From: a virus
DNA: 64,000 nt
Strand: one strand, 5' to 3'
Virus record (IMG/VR): IMGVR_UViG_3300042475_004859
Location: 3,147 to 67,146 of that record
Below the pieces are notes generated by a model. That model had not been told where the DNA came from. It ran no database searches and saw only the letters and a list, made by a program, of their open reading frames with translations. Shown piece by piece: positions 9,654 to 19,860 of this stretch. The translations under genes and the position numbers were made by a program. Numbering within the stretch: the first letter of the stretch is position 1; the number at the start of each line of letters is the position of its first letter.

Positions 9654-10645
9654 TTCTTCCAAAAACTATACATATTTTTATCTATTTCATAAGTCATATA
9701 TTCTACCGCTCTTGGGTTTAAACTTAAATAGAATTGAAACATTTCTCTTATTAAAGATTCTAAATTTGTGTTATCATTAAAGCCAAGCAGTTTTTTAGCT
9801 TTTTCATGATCGCAATAAGCATGTGTTACTTCTCTTCTTTTTTCTAAGAAAATTAATTCAGATTTATTAAATCCAAATTCTTTTCCAATCTTTAATACTA
9901 ATTCGGCGGCGTCTTTTATTGTTATAAAATTATCTGAACCAATATTAAACACTTCATCCTCAAACTCATAAAGTAGTTTTTCAATAGGTTCGCATAAAAA
10001 CTTGCAATCTGAAAAGGCTCGTGTTTGCAGTCCATCCCCAAAAATAGTAATATTTTCATCTTGAGAACATTGTCTAATCCATATTGCAATAGCATTTCGA
10101 TATCTATCCCAATAGTTTTGATATTTAGATACAACATTATGTGGTAAAACGGTCGAGTATTTTAAACCAAAATGATCATAAGCTTCTTTCAAATCCATCT
10201 CGACAGCTAATTTAGCTATACCATAACAATCTTTTGGTTGTCTAATATCCGACTCTTTAAATGGGGGAGCTCCTTCTCCATATGTAGCAAAACTAGAAAA
10301 ATTAATTAATTTTTTAACTTCATAATTTACGCATGCATTAATTATGTTTATTGATCCCAATAAGTTATTTGTATAATTATAATTTCTAATAAATGGGCTT
10401 AAAATTTCTGCGGCATAAGCGGCACAATGTATAACATAATCATACTGATCTTTTTTAAAAATATTATTTATAAGTTTAAAATCACGAATATCAACTTGAT
10501 AAAAAATGACCCCCTCTGGAATATTTTCAGCGAACCCCCCTGTAAAATTATCTATTCCATAAACAGTATAACCTTTATTTATAAAATAACGCGCTAATAC
10601 GCTACCTATCATTCCAGCGATGCCTGTTATAAGAAGTTTTTTCAT
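9650..10645 (-). CDS. NAD-dependent nucleotide-sugar epimerase/dehydratase
   Basis: ITGIAGMIG, HCAA, SS..TYG, YGIAK, FGDGLQTRAF. Confidence 0.92.
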   Translation of the reverse strand: MKKLLITGIAGMIGSVLARYFINKGYTVYGIDNFTGGFAENIPEGVIFYQVDIRDFKLINNIFKKDQYDYVIHCAAYAAEILSPFIRNYNYTNNLLGSINIINACVNYEVKKLINFSSFATYGEGAPPFKESDIRQPKDCYGIAKLAVEMDLKEAYDHFGLKYSTVLPHNVVSKYQNYWDRYRNAIAIWIRQCSQDENITIFGDGLQTRAFSDCKFLCEPIEKLLYEFEDEVFNIGSDNFITIKDAAELVLKIGKEFGFNKSELIFLEKRREVTHAYCDHEKAKKLLGFNDNTNLESLIREMFQFYLSLNPRAVEYMTYEIDKNMYSFWKK

Positions 10646-11862
10646 TTGCGAAATAAAACTAAAACATCATCATATCTATTCTTTTGGAGTCTTAAATCCA
10701 AGATTTCAACATTATTATGTAATTCTTTAAAAACATGTAAATCTTTATCTAGTTCTTGAATATCTTCTATAATATATAAACCGTTATCTTTTAAATGTTT
10801 AAAAAATATTTTAAAAGATTTTAATTGATGATCTAAAATATGTGAACCATCATCTATGATAATATCGAACTGTTTCCCATCTAAAATAGAATTAACCTGA
10901 TTTTCTTCCGTTGCGTCTACTTGATAAACTTTAAAACCTTTTGGTTCATATTTGAGTTTAGAAAGATTTATATCTAAACCAATTATATCTGAATCAATAA
11001 AATAATTTTTCCATAACATCATTGAATCGCCATCTTTTACTCCAATTTCTAATATATTAATATTTTTTTTCTTATCTTTAAAAAGATCTGAATATATTTC
11101 AATATAGGAATGAACGGTTCCTTTATCACTGATAATATTATTCATTTTATTTCTAATATCTACTTCTTCCAAAGTTGGGGGCGTTAAATTATTATTTTCT
11201 TCTAAATAATTTAAAGCATCAGAGCCGCCGTGAAATCCAAAAGATGTTAATGTGGTTCGATCATAATGTGACTGATCATTAGCTTCTGGTATTCCCGTGT
11301 CTTCTATTGAAAATTTTGCAGCAATATTATTTGGAGCATATTTTAAATTGTGCTCTAAAAATATATGTCGATATTTTTGGCATACCAAATAATCTTCATT
11401 ACCCCCTCCGTCATCTGGGCAGTATTTTTGAGATATCTCTAAAAACTTTTTACTTCTAAGTGTAAAACCGCCATTACCACATCTCCATTCTGGATTATTA
11501 CTAGCTAAATGTAATGGCCATAAAGCTCCTATATAATCATAATTTAAAAATTCGTCTGTCCAAACGTGTGGATTTATTATAAATCCATCATTTTGAACAT
11601 GTAATACGAATTCACTATTTATATAGTCATTATAGTTTTTAATTACAAAAGAATTATATTGTTTATAATCTAATTCTGGTATTTTTATACATTTAATATC
11701 TGGCTCATCAAAATCTACCGATGATAATATTTGAACTTTATTAAATGGAATATTTTTTTTTGAAAAGCGTATCGCTTTAATAGTTTGTTCTAAATATTTT
11801 GGATTTCCTACTATTGCAGATAGGGTTACTTTATCGATTAAATTAGAAAATAAATAGCTCAT
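10642..11862 (-). CDS. DUF5672-like (GT-A-like) domain fused to a class I SAM methyltransferase
   Basis: VQNDGFIINP..W..FLNYDYIGA.W..GNGGFTLRSKK..ED, then LEIGV, GLDI, FDIIIDDGSH, GLYIIED. Confidence 0.8.
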   Translation of the reverse strand: MSYLFSNLIDKVTLSAIVGNPKYLEQTIKAIRFSKKNIPFNKVQILSSVDFDEPDIKCIKIPELDYKQYNSFVIKNYNDYINSEFVLHVQNDGFIINPHVWTDEFLNYDYIGALWPLHLASNNPEWRCGNGGFTLRSKKFLEISQKYCPDDGGGNEDYLVCQKYRHIFLEHNLKYAPNNIAAKFSIEDTGIPEANDQSHYDRTTLTSFGFHGGSDALNYLEENNNLTPPTLEEVDIRNKMNNIISDKGTVHSYIEIYSDLFKDKKKNINILEIGVKDGDSMMLWKNYFIDSDIIGLDINLSKLKYEPKGFKVYQVDATEENQVNSILDGKQFDIIIDDGSHILDHQLKSFKIFFKHLKDNGLYIIEDIQELDKDLHVFKELHNNVEILDLRLQKNRYDDVLVLFRK

Positions 11863-12731
11863 TTGAATAATTTTTGTAAGATATTATACATGAAAACTCT
11901 ACTATTATCAATATTTCTAATCTGTCTATAGGCAGATTGTATAATATTAAAATCCATATTTAAAGATTTTTGATAGGCCTCTTCTATAGAATAGTCCTCT
12001 GAATATAAAAACATAAAATCTGGTAGATCTTCAAAACCTAACAAAGTTTTAGTATTTCTTGACATGTAAACAGGAATACCATTATCTAGAGCTTTGCAAA
12101 CAGAATTACAATTTGTTCCATAATTTTTTTCATGTACTAGTAGGGTAGTATGGGATAAAATCTCCCAATCGTTTATAATACCGTCTGGAGCGGAATCATG
12201 GCCAGCAATAACTACGGGAATTCTTTGTCTTAAATTTAATAAAGTCATAAAATGCTCATTATAAAATTGAGTCATTAATTGGCTAATATATTTTTTCTCT
12301 TTATGTTTACCTCTTTGTGGTACAAAGTATGGCAGATATAAAGCTTTATAATCTTTATAATTTTGAACACTTGTTACTTTTAAAGCTTTTTTTGGAAAAA
12401 TAGATTTTAGCTCTGGATGAACAACTCCATTCCACACAACATTATTTAAATTTTCATTTTGTGCTATCATTGGATGTATAGTAAAATACATGTCAAAATT
12501 TTCTATATCATTTGTAAAATTAATATTTTCCATATCTGGAAATAATTCTGATGGATAATATAAATTTGTAATTAATTCAAATTTATTATCTGTTGTTTTT
12601 GTGGATGATCTATCACAAACTTTTAAAGTAGCTTCTTCTGTCGCAAAATAACAATCAATATTTAAACTTTTTAATAGTGTCCAAATATGATGTAAGAAAT
12701 CAGGATGATGATTAAATAATAATGCTTTCAT
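11859..12731 (-). CDS. hypothetical protein, possibly a GT-B glycosyltransferase
   Basis: C-terminal YGTNCNSVCKALDNGIPVY resembles the GT-B donor-binding motif; lies inside the sugar cassette. Confidence 0.45.
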   Translation of the reverse strand: MKALLFNHHPDFLHHIWTLLKSLNIDCYFATEEATLKVCDRSSTKTTDNKFELITNLYYPSELFPDMENINFTNDIENFDMYFTIHPMIAQNENLNNVVWNGVVHPELKSIFPKKALKVTSVQNYKDYKALYLPYFVPQRGKHKEKKYISQLMTQFYNEHFMTLLNLRQRIPVVIAGHDSAPDGIINDWEILSHTTLLVHEKNYGTNCNSVCKALDNGIPVYMSRNTKTLLGFEDLPDFMFLYSEDYSIEEAYQKSLNMDFNIIQSAYRQIRNIDNSRVFMYNILQKLFK

Positions 12732-13439
12732 TTAAAATCTATGAAATCCAAATGTTTGATTTTTATCTCTACGTGGGTTAAATTCAGTTGGAGATTCAAC
12801 AGAAAATTTTGCCGCAATTTCTATGGGAGCAATTTTCATTCCATTATTTTCGATGTCTTCTTTTTCGTAAATTGAAATAATATTATCTTCTGGTTTCTCT
12901 GGGTATTTATTAGAATATTTTTTAGTAAATTCAGATAATTTTTTACTTCTTAGTGAGAAGCCGCCATTTCCAACTCTATAATTATGTGGATTATAATTTT
13001 TTAATTTTGGGGTGTCTTTAATAAATTTATTGTTATTTAAATCCACCCCATTTTCTAAATTAAACATTAATTGATTTTTTAACTCTAATTGCCATGGCGC
13101 TCCAATATAATCATATTTAAGAAAATCATCGGTCCACATGTTAGGATTAGATATATAACCATCATCTTGACATAAAAGAGCAAAATCTGTATCAAAATAG
13201 TTTCCAAATTGTGAAATTACAAATTCATTATATTCATTCCAATTCATTTTAGGAATATTAATTACCTCAACCCTATCGTCTTGTGTAGAAAGATTTGCCG
13301 AAGTTAATAATATTGATTTTGCAAATTTGATTTTTTCGATAGAAGATCGGATTGCTTGCAGACCTTCTTGGAACTTACCAATACCATCAATACAAATTAA
13401 TGTAACGTTTTTTAAGTTTAACATATCATTCATAGCCAT
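12732..13439 (-). CDS. DUF5672-like protein (paralog of the N-half of 10642..11862)
   Basis: CQDDGYISNP..WTDDFLKYDYIGAPW..GNGGFSLRSKK..ED..TFGFH; true start may be a few codons downstream. Confidence 0.8.
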   Translation of the reverse strand: MAMNDMLNLKNVTLICIDGIGKFQEGLQAIRSSIEKIKFAKSILLTSANLSTQDDRVEVINIPKMNWNEYNEFVISQFGNYFDTDFALLCQDDGYISNPNMWTDDFLKYDYIGAPWQLELKNQLMFNLENGVDLNNNKFIKDTPKLKNYNPHNYRVGNGGFSLRSKKLSEFTKKYSNKYPEKPEDNIISIYEKEDIENNGMKIAPIEIAAKFSVESPTEFNPRRDKNQTFGFHRF

Positions 13440-14358
13440 GTAAATCTAAAAAAGATTCACTCCAAAATGGATAGACCTCTCCATTAAAAGCTTTCTCTAT
13501 ATTTGTATACGTAAATTGTTTTACTAATTCTCCATCTTCGTCTTGATGTAGATGAACATTTTGTGGGTATAACCAATCTTGATCTGGTATATTAAGTTCT
13601 TTTAATGCGGGTAAATATAAATGTTTTGCGGATGGAAAGTTTATAATAATGATACTTTTTTTACTAAGGGCTGCTGCTATATGCATTAAGCCATTATGAA
13701 TGCCAAAAAAATACTCACATGAAGCAATTTCTGCTGTAGTATTTTGAATTCCTAAATTGGTTTTATTTTCTACATTTTCTAGCCCAGAAAAACTACGGCC
13801 AACCTCTACAAAAGAAAATTTGTTTAGGTTTTTATTAATAAAATCTTGAACAATTTTTTTATGTTCTGGATATAATAGTCTAGCTTTTTTATGTATAGCA
13901 CTTTGATCTACCGGCCCTTTATCAAAGGTTAGTACAACTTTATTTTTAATTTCTAAAATAGGTGTTGAAAGTAATGGTTGTGGTTTTATTTGTTTTGGTA
14001 AGTCAAAAGCATTTCTAATTTTTTGAATAAAATGCCCCCCACCACAGTTAAAATTTGATTGTAACAAACAAACCCAAAAATTTTTAGGTTTCAAGTTCGG
14101 ACTAAACACCGAATTTATATAACTATTATAAATATTAAATTCTTCTGCTATGGATTTATTGAAATAAAAATTAATATTTTTTTTATTATCTTCTGGTTTA
14201 TCAAACAGATATAAAGCTAAACTATCACCTACGCCAAAATTATAGTTTAGTAAAGTATAATCAGATTCTTCTTTTAAGAAATCTGGGGTCGGCGGAAGAT
14301 TTTTTATTAAATCAGTATGCTTATAAAAATTTACTATAGTATCTTTTATAGATTTCAT
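13426..14358 (-). CDS. glycosyltransferase family 9-like protein
   Basis: N-terminal GVGD; IASCEYFFGIHNGLMHIAAALSKK matches the GT9 motif. Confidence 0.7.
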   Translation of the reverse strand: MKSIKDTIVNFYKHTDLIKNLPPTPDFLKEESDYTLLNYNFGVGDSLALYLFDKPEDNKKNINFYFNKSIAEEFNIYNSYINSVFSPNLKPKNFWVCLLQSNFNCGGGHFIQKIRNAFDLPKQIKPQPLLSTPILEIKNKVVLTFDKGPVDQSAIHKKARLLYPEHKKIVQDFINKNLNKFSFVEVGRSFSGLENVENKTNLGIQNTTAEIASCEYFFGIHNGLMHIAAALSKKSIIIINFPSAKHLYLPALKELNIPDQDWLYPQNVHLHQDEDGELVKQFTYTNIEKAFNGEVYPFWSESFLDLHGYE

Positions 14359-15449
14359 TTGGATAAAATCATTTTAAATTTATCAAAAAGATATTGGCAT
14401 ATTTTAGTATTCGATTCTAAAAGAGAACGTAATTGATCCATTCCTTGAATTTTTTCTGGAAAGACTTCCGAAATGTCTTCTTTAATATCTTTAATTAAGC
14501 CTTCATCAAAAGAAATCCATGCACCGCTTTTTTTTGCGAAGCCCCACTGAATTAACATATCGGCAATTTCATATTCAGTCCAAACACTCTTACCGTCAAT
14601 CCTACCATGGCGAATTGGGTAAGTAATTTCAACCCCATCTTTTTCATTTGTCGTTTTGCGTAAAAGAATTTTAGACCAATGCCCTATAATTTTATCGCCT
14701 TCGGTAATTTGATCAGATTTATATCTCGGTTGAAATTCAAAAATCCAATCCGCGTAGTGCTGTAAAGCATTTCCTCCAGAGCTATTTGTAAGCTTAGGAT
14801 CTCCTTTTGCATATGGGTTAATTTGCACATTCGATCTTACTTGAGAAATTAAACCACAGATATGACCAAATGTGGACAAGGGTAACATAATTCTACGAAG
14901 AAAATTAGACGTTAATACGGCTCCAGCTGCAACTTTAGCGCTATCTTCAAACCCTTTATGTAAATCATTTTTAGAAATAAGAGCGTCCATACTATCTATT
15001 AAAAAATAATATCGAGTATTTTCGGGATTATTCTTAATCAGTTCTAAAATTAAACTGGCGATATTTTCATAAACATTTGACCTGAGAACAAAACAAGTTC
15101 CATTATCCCATTTTTGGGGATCGTCTATAAAATTTACGCCAGATATTTTCTTAACATTTGAATTAAGTCGTCCTTCGGCTTTAACTAAAAAGCCTTTTGA
15201 ATTAGGAACGGACTTCAAAAAATTGTTCATTATAAGCAATGCCGCGCTAGTTTTTCCACCACCACTTACCCCTGTAAAACGAACAATTGCAGGAACTTCT
15301 AGTGAGCCACCAAGTTCTGAATCTAATAAGAGAGAGCCAGTAGATACTTGAAAAACCTGCTCGTCTTCAAAATTATAGTGTGAATCTTTATTATCTTTTA
15401 AATGCGAAGATAATATATTTTTACCTGTTATAGTGTTTTCTTTTCCCAT
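14355..15449 (-). CDS. recA: RecA/UvsX-like recombinase
   Basis: STGSLLLDSELGG, GVSGGGKTS, IDSMDAL, ISQVR, SGGNALQHYAD, KKSGAWIS. Confidence 0.9.
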   Translation of the reverse strand: MGKENTITGKNILSSHLKDNKDSHYNFEDEQVFQVSTGSLLLDSELGGSLEVPAIVRFTGVSGGGKTSAALLIMNNFLKSVPNSKGFLVKAEGRLNSNVKKISGVNFIDDPQKWDNGTCFVLRSNVYENIASLILELIKNNPENTRYYFLIDSMDALISKNDLHKGFEDSAKVAAGAVLTSNFLRRIMLPLSTFGHICGLISQVRSNVQINPYAKGDPKLTNSSGGNALQHYADWIFEFQPRYKSDQITEGDKIIGHWSKILLRKTTNEKDGVEITYPIRHGRIDGKSVWTEYEIADMLIQWGFAKKSGAWISFDEGLIKDIKEDISEVFPEKIQGMDQLRSLLESNTKICQYLFDKFKMILSK

Positions 15450-15790
15450 AGATTTAGAAAGTGTCTTAAATTAACAACTCTATCTATATCATATGATTTT
15501 TTGTCTTTTAATGCAATATTATTATTTTCTATTTCAAATTTTTTTACTTCTGCTAGATTTAAATTAAATTTTTTATACTCACGATTCAAAAATTTTCGGC
15601 CATCATCGGATAAAAACCAACATAAACTATTCAATTTAAAATTTAAATTTAATGTTTCCCAAAAACTATCGTTAGGAAAAATTTTGAATAAAGTTTTTAC
15701 AACTTTAAGTTCTTTGGGCCAAACAATATTAATATTGTCTTTTAAAAATTTTTTAACAAAACTTTTTTTATTTAGATTCGTATTGGTCAC
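15428..15790 (-). CDS. hypothetical protein
   Basis: 120 aa ORF overlapping both neighbours in the operon. Confidence 0.6.
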   Translation of the reverse strand: MTNTNLNKKSFVKKFLKDNINIVWPKELKVVKTLFKIFPNDSFWETLNLNFKLNSLCWFLSDDGRKFLNREYKKFNLNLAEVKKFEIENNNIALKDKKSYDIDRVVNLRHFLNLWEKKTL

Positions 15791-15980
15791 AAGCTTGGCA
15801 AAAATTTGGTTCTACTTTAAATATACTTCTTTTCAGACACAAAAAACCTTTTTCTGCATAATTACCGCCTTGGCATGAACATCTTTTTATCATTTTAGTT
15901 ATTTCCTGTGGTGAACGGTGTCTACAAGTGTCAAACTTGTTAGAAGTTTCAGATGGCATTAAAATATGGACTTCGCTCAT
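15768..15980 (-). CDS. small Cys-rich hypothetical protein
   Basis: 70 aa with six Cys (CSC, CQAC); preceded by the GTGTAA motif. Confidence 0.55.
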   Translation of the reverse strand: MSEVHILMPSETSNKFDTCRHRSPQEITKMIKRCSCQGGNYAEKGFLCLKRSIFKVEPNFCQACDQYESK

Positions 15981-15989
15981 AATATTATA

Positions 15990-17039
15990 TTACACTTTTA
16001 AATTATTAATATCAAAAAAAACCATTTCTTTAACAAGCTCTTTAAAAGAAATTTCTGGCTTCCAGTTTAAGTATTCTATGGCTTTTTGGGGATCTCCCAT
16101 TAATAAGTCTACTTCTGCGGGTCTATAAAATATAGGATTTATTCTAACTAAAACTTGTCCTTTTTCAGAATGGAATTGTTCATTTATTTCAATTTTTTCT
16201 TCTGAAGAGTGGGTCCAAAAACCATTGATCTCAGCAAACTCAAAAGCTTTTTCTATAAATTCTTTTACAGTGTGTGTTTCTCCAGAAGCTAATAAATATT
16301 CTTTTGGCTCTGACTGGTTCAACATTAACCAAATTCCTTTAACAAAATCTTTCGAATGACTCCAATCTCTTTTAGCATATATATTTCCAAGTTCCAAAGG
16401 TTCAAAAGGATATCCATAATTAATAGATTTTTTGATTCTGGCAACTTCTTTTGTAATTTTTCTTGTTACAAACTCTTCTCCCCGTCTGGGACTCTCATGA
16501 TTATATAACAATCCTTGTATAGCAAATAAATCGTAACTTTCACGATATACTTTAACAATATGCCTTGCCGCTGCTTTAGCTGCTCCGTATGGACTCCTTG
16601 GTTTTAAAGGGTGCTTTTCGTCTTGTGGGCTATAATCTACATTACCTAGTTCTTCTGAAGATCCGGCATTATAGAAACGACAATTTGGCGCATGTTTTCT
16701 AATTGCTTCTAAACATCTAATAACGCCGATAGCGTCAATATCGAATGTTTGTTCTGGTATTTGCCACGAAGCACCAACAAAACTTTGGGCTGCCAAATTA
16801 ATAAAATAATCTGGACGTATTTCTCTAACAATATTATCAATTGATTGGGAATCAGTTAAATCGCCAGTTATTAGTTTGAATCTATCGCTATTTAATAAAT
16901 GTTTTATGTTATGATGATTATTCGTAGAAGATCTTCTTACCATTCCATATATTTCATGACCAGTTTCTTCTAAAAGAAGGTCTGACATATAACTTCCGTC
17001 TTGACCAGTAACACCGGTAATAATAACTTTTTTAGGCAT
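15990..17039 (-). CDS. gmd: GDP-mannose 4,6-dehydratase
   Basis: ITGVTGQDGSY, NLAAQSFV, SPYGAAK, NHESPRRGEEFVTRKIT, RDW, YRPAEVDLLMGD. Confidence 0.96.
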   Translation of the reverse strand: MPKKVIITGVTGQDGSYMSDLLLEETGHEIYGMVRRSSTNNHHNIKHLLNSDRFKLITGDLTDSQSIDNIVREIRPDYFINLAAQSFVGASWQIPEQTFDIDAIGVIRCLEAIRKHAPNCRFYNAGSSEELGNVDYSPQDEKHPLKPRSPYGAAKAAARHIVKVYRESYDLFAIQGLLYNHESPRRGEEFVTRKITKEVARIKKSINYGYPFEPLELGNIYAKRDWSHSKDFVKGIWLMLNQSEPKEYLLASGETHTVKEFIEKAFEFAEINGFWTHSSEEKIEINEQFHSEKGQVLVRINPIFYRPAEVDLLMGDPQKAIEYLNWKPEISFKELVKEMVFFDINNLKV

Positions 17040-17466
17040 ATTCTTCATCATCGTCATCATTATCTTCTTTGGACTTAAATTCTTTTTGGTTGCTTAAAGT
17101 TTGTAAAAAAAATTGCTCAATTTTATTTAGCATATTATTATATTTTTCTTGATAGATTTCTGTACTTTCTGTTACTTCATTACTGTTTTGTAGCGCAGAA
17201 TAAAATACATTTTTAGGAGAATTTAGAATATTGTTAATTATTTCCAAATCTATTTTAGAAATATTATTATGTGCAAAACTTTTCCATGTTTTTATAAATT
17301 CCTTATGTACATAATTTTTTGTAAAATCATTCTCTTCATTAATTGAATTTGCTATATGATTAAAACAAAAAAATAACATAGACCATTGAAGATTCGACAT
17401 AAATTTTTGCTCTAGGCTTGTATCCATAGAATCTCTTACTGATTTATGTATATCTTTATTTTTCAT
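17032..17466 (-). CDS. hypothetical protein with acidic tail
   Basis: 144 aa ORF coupled to its neighbours. Confidence 0.6.
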   Translation of the reverse strand: MKNKDIHKSVRDSMDTSLEQKFMSNLQWSMLFFCFNHIANSINEENDFTKNYVHKEFIKTWKSFAHNNISKIDLEIINNILNSPKNVFYSALQNSNEVTESTEIYQEKYNNMLNKIEQFFLQTLSNQKEFKSKEDNDDDDEEYA

Positions 17467-19445
17467 TATTTAATAGGGCAAGACCCACCTTCGCACTCGA
17501 TACCTTCTAAAGCTTCATTCCCAATATTTTGATTTAAAACTGTCATTTGTTTTACTTTAGATTTTTTCATCTCATACTGTTCTTTTGTAATTTCTTCATA
17601 TGGAGCTTGTTTAAACCCATGTTTTTGTCTCAATAAAAAGCTTACAGATTTAATACCGTTTTCATAATTATCTGATAGCCATTGTTTTAAAGAAGAAAGT
17701 TCTTCTTCCGAATAATAAGCTGTAACACTAACCGCATTATCTGACCAAACTTCTTGAAGTTTTTTAACCATGTCAAGTTGTTTAATTACGCCCATATCAT
17801 CAGCAAACAAAGCTCCATCTGGAGTTTCACAAGGAAATTCAACAACTACAGTATCATGATTTTCAGAACCGTCAAAGTTAACTACGTATTCAATATAATA
17901 ACCAAGATCTCTACAATAAGACACGAGAGGATCATTGCTAGCCATACGAATTCTACGAGTGTAATATTTAGAATAAGCAGGATGGACGCCTGGAGTCGCT
18001 CCAGCAAGCAAACTCAATGTTCCGCTTGGTTTTACAGTTGTAAGTTTTATACTACGATTCCACCCACGTTCTTTACTCCACTCTTTATCAAATTTACGAA
18101 GTTCTTTATAACAAGCGTCAAGCCAATCAATTTTATCAAGTGATTGGCAAATACCTGTAACCCCCAAGCCAAGGCGCATATTTTTATGTACAATTTTATT
18201 TGTTTCTTCGTGAATAAAAGGTAGCGCAGCTATAGCTTTTTGAGTTTTATATAAAAGTTTAGCGCAAAGAGCTAGCTCTTCTTTTGAACTTATATTATTT
18301 AAATATAGTTCTGAAAGATTACAACACTCATAAGAAGCGAGACTAATTTCTCCGCAAGGGTTTGTACCTACAACGTTATCTTCGTCTGTAGGATAAAGAT
18401 TGCTATCTTTCATTGGTCCATCTTTAAGACGGCCATATTTTTGAGAAAGAGGTAGATTAAAAAACCCATAAGGCTCACCTTTAGCAAAACCCGTTTGAGT
18501 ATCTAATATATAACCATTACTCCATATCTCATTTGAAATATGAGAAAAATCGTCTGCATAAATTGTATTATTAGACATCGCTCTCCAATTTGGAATATTT
18601 CCAAGAGACCAATTCTTAGCACGGAGAAAAAGATAATCATCTGGATCGCCAATAGCAATCTGAGCGCTACGACGAACATTTCCAGACACAACGATTCCGC
18701 CAATAATATTACAAATATCTAAGACATCAATAGAACGAAGTTTTTTACCTTCTCTTGTTTGAAAAATTTTATTAATTTTTTCAATACCATCTATAAGAAT
18801 TTGCGGTCCACTAGCGATACCGCCGAAACCACTTATTCTTTCTCCCGCTCCACGAATAAGAATCGTAGAATAATTAAAAGATTTACCATTAACAAAAAAT
18901 GCATTAAATACATTCTCAAGAAGTCTTATCCAGCCTTCCCTGCTATCAGATACAATAAAATCTGCATCTTTAGTATTTTTATGAATTATATTAACACCTT
19001 TTTTAACTCTAGGTAATTCATGAATGTCTTCACGGCGAATAGAAAATCCTACACCGCCTCCAAGCATCAAGTTTTCAAAAAGGAAAAGAAATGATTTAAT
19101 ACTGTTAATACTAACGTTCCAACAGTTCAGAAGAGAATTTGCTCCAAAACGATCAATAGTTGGAGTTCCAAGTTGCCAAAGCATCCGTCCTGCAAAATTA
19201 CATTTAAGGTTAAAGATTAAATCAAAAAGTTGTTCGGCTTCTTCTTGAGAATAGTTTGCACCAATTTTTTGAGCACCATTAATACAACGACGAATTGTTT
19301 CATGCCATTCCTCTGTTTTTCCATCGTCTTTAAGTCTAGCATAGGTTCTTTTATAAACAATATATCCTAAACCATTAAACCCCCAATTAGGCTGCTTGTT
19401 TGCATATTTGCTTGCGAATTTTTCTGAAATAACTTCTGTAATCAT
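17466..19445 (-). CDS. nrdJ: class II (adenosylcobalamin-dependent) ribonucleotide reductase, RTPR type
   Basis: YKRTYAR, GRMLWQLG, LLNC, GNVRRSA, TNPCGEI, VKPSGTLSLL, C-terminal CEGGSCPIK. Confidence 0.93.
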   Translation of the reverse strand: MITEVISEKFASKYANKQPNWGFNGLGYIVYKRTYARLKDDGKTEEWHETIRRCINGAQKIGANYSQEEAEQLFDLIFNLKCNFAGRMLWQLGTPTIDRFGANSLLNCWNVSINSIKSFLFLFENLMLGGGVGFSIRREDIHELPRVKKGVNIIHKNTKDADFIVSDSREGWIRLLENVFNAFFVNGKSFNYSTILIRGAGERISGFGGIASGPQILIDGIEKINKIFQTREGKKLRSIDVLDICNIIGGIVVSGNVRRSAQIAIGDPDDYLFLRAKNWSLGNIPNWRAMSNNTIYADDFSHISNEIWSNGYILDTQTGFAKGEPYGFFNLPLSQKYGRLKDGPMKDSNLYPTDEDNVVGTNPCGEISLASYECCNLSELYLNNISSKEELALCAKLLYKTQKAIAALPFIHEETNKIVHKNMRLGLGVTGICQSLDKIDWLDACYKELRKFDKEWSKERGWNRSIKLTTVKPSGTLSLLAGATPGVHPAYSKYYTRRIRMASNDPLVSYCRDLGYYIEYVVNFDGSENHDTVVVEFPCETPDGALFADDMGVIKQLDMVKKLQEVWSDNAVSVTAYYSEEELSSLKQWLSDNYENGIKSVSFLLRQKHGFKQAPYEEITKEQYEMKKSKVKQMTVLNQNIGNEALEGIECEGGSCPIK

Positions 19446-19456
19446 TGTAATTATAA

Positions 19457-19485
19457 ATTATACATCAATATGATTAAAGATGCAA
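19457..19485 (-). promoter_or_regulatory. sigma70-type promoter
   Basis: TTGCAT-17 nt-TATAAT, 11 nt before the RNR ATG. Confidence 0.65.
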
Positions 19486-19514
19486 AAATTAAAAATTATA
19501 AAATAAAAAAATAT

Positions 19515-19853
19515 TTATTGAAGAGGTTTCGGTGTATGCTTTAAATTGCGTTTTTGTTTCCAATCTTTCACATAACTCTTTTTTACCGGATCATTTTTTG
19601 AACCGCCACGTTTTTCACTTAATTCTTTTGATAGGTCCATCATTTCACCAAAAGTTCCTGCTTTATTTGTTTTATCCATAAAAGCACGTTTAGAATATGG
19701 ATCTATATTTGCATCTATACTTGCCTGCGGAACTGTAAACTCTCTGTTCCATTTAACTCCATTATTATCAATGAATACTTTTTCATCATTCATATGAAAA
19801 AATATATCTTGAACTTCTCCTGTTTCTGGATTACTGAATATATAATAAGGCAT
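19515..19853 (-). CDS. FmdB-like zinc-ribbon-type protein lacking Cys ligands
   Basis: MPYYIF..ETGEVQDIFFHMND..WNREFTVP pattern. Confidence 0.55.
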   Translation of the reverse strand: MPYYIFSNPETGEVQDIFFHMNDEKVFIDNNGVKWNREFTVPQASIDANIDPYSKRAFMDKTNKAGTFGEMMDLSKELSEKRGGSKNDPVKKSYVKDWKQKRNLKHTPKPLQ

Positions 19854-19860
19854 ATACCCC

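Noticed and set aside
906-19445. Inteins or introns in dnaE, dnaB, recA or nrdJ
   Set aside because: Protein lengths are normal or short and no splice-junction or homing endonuclease motifs are visible
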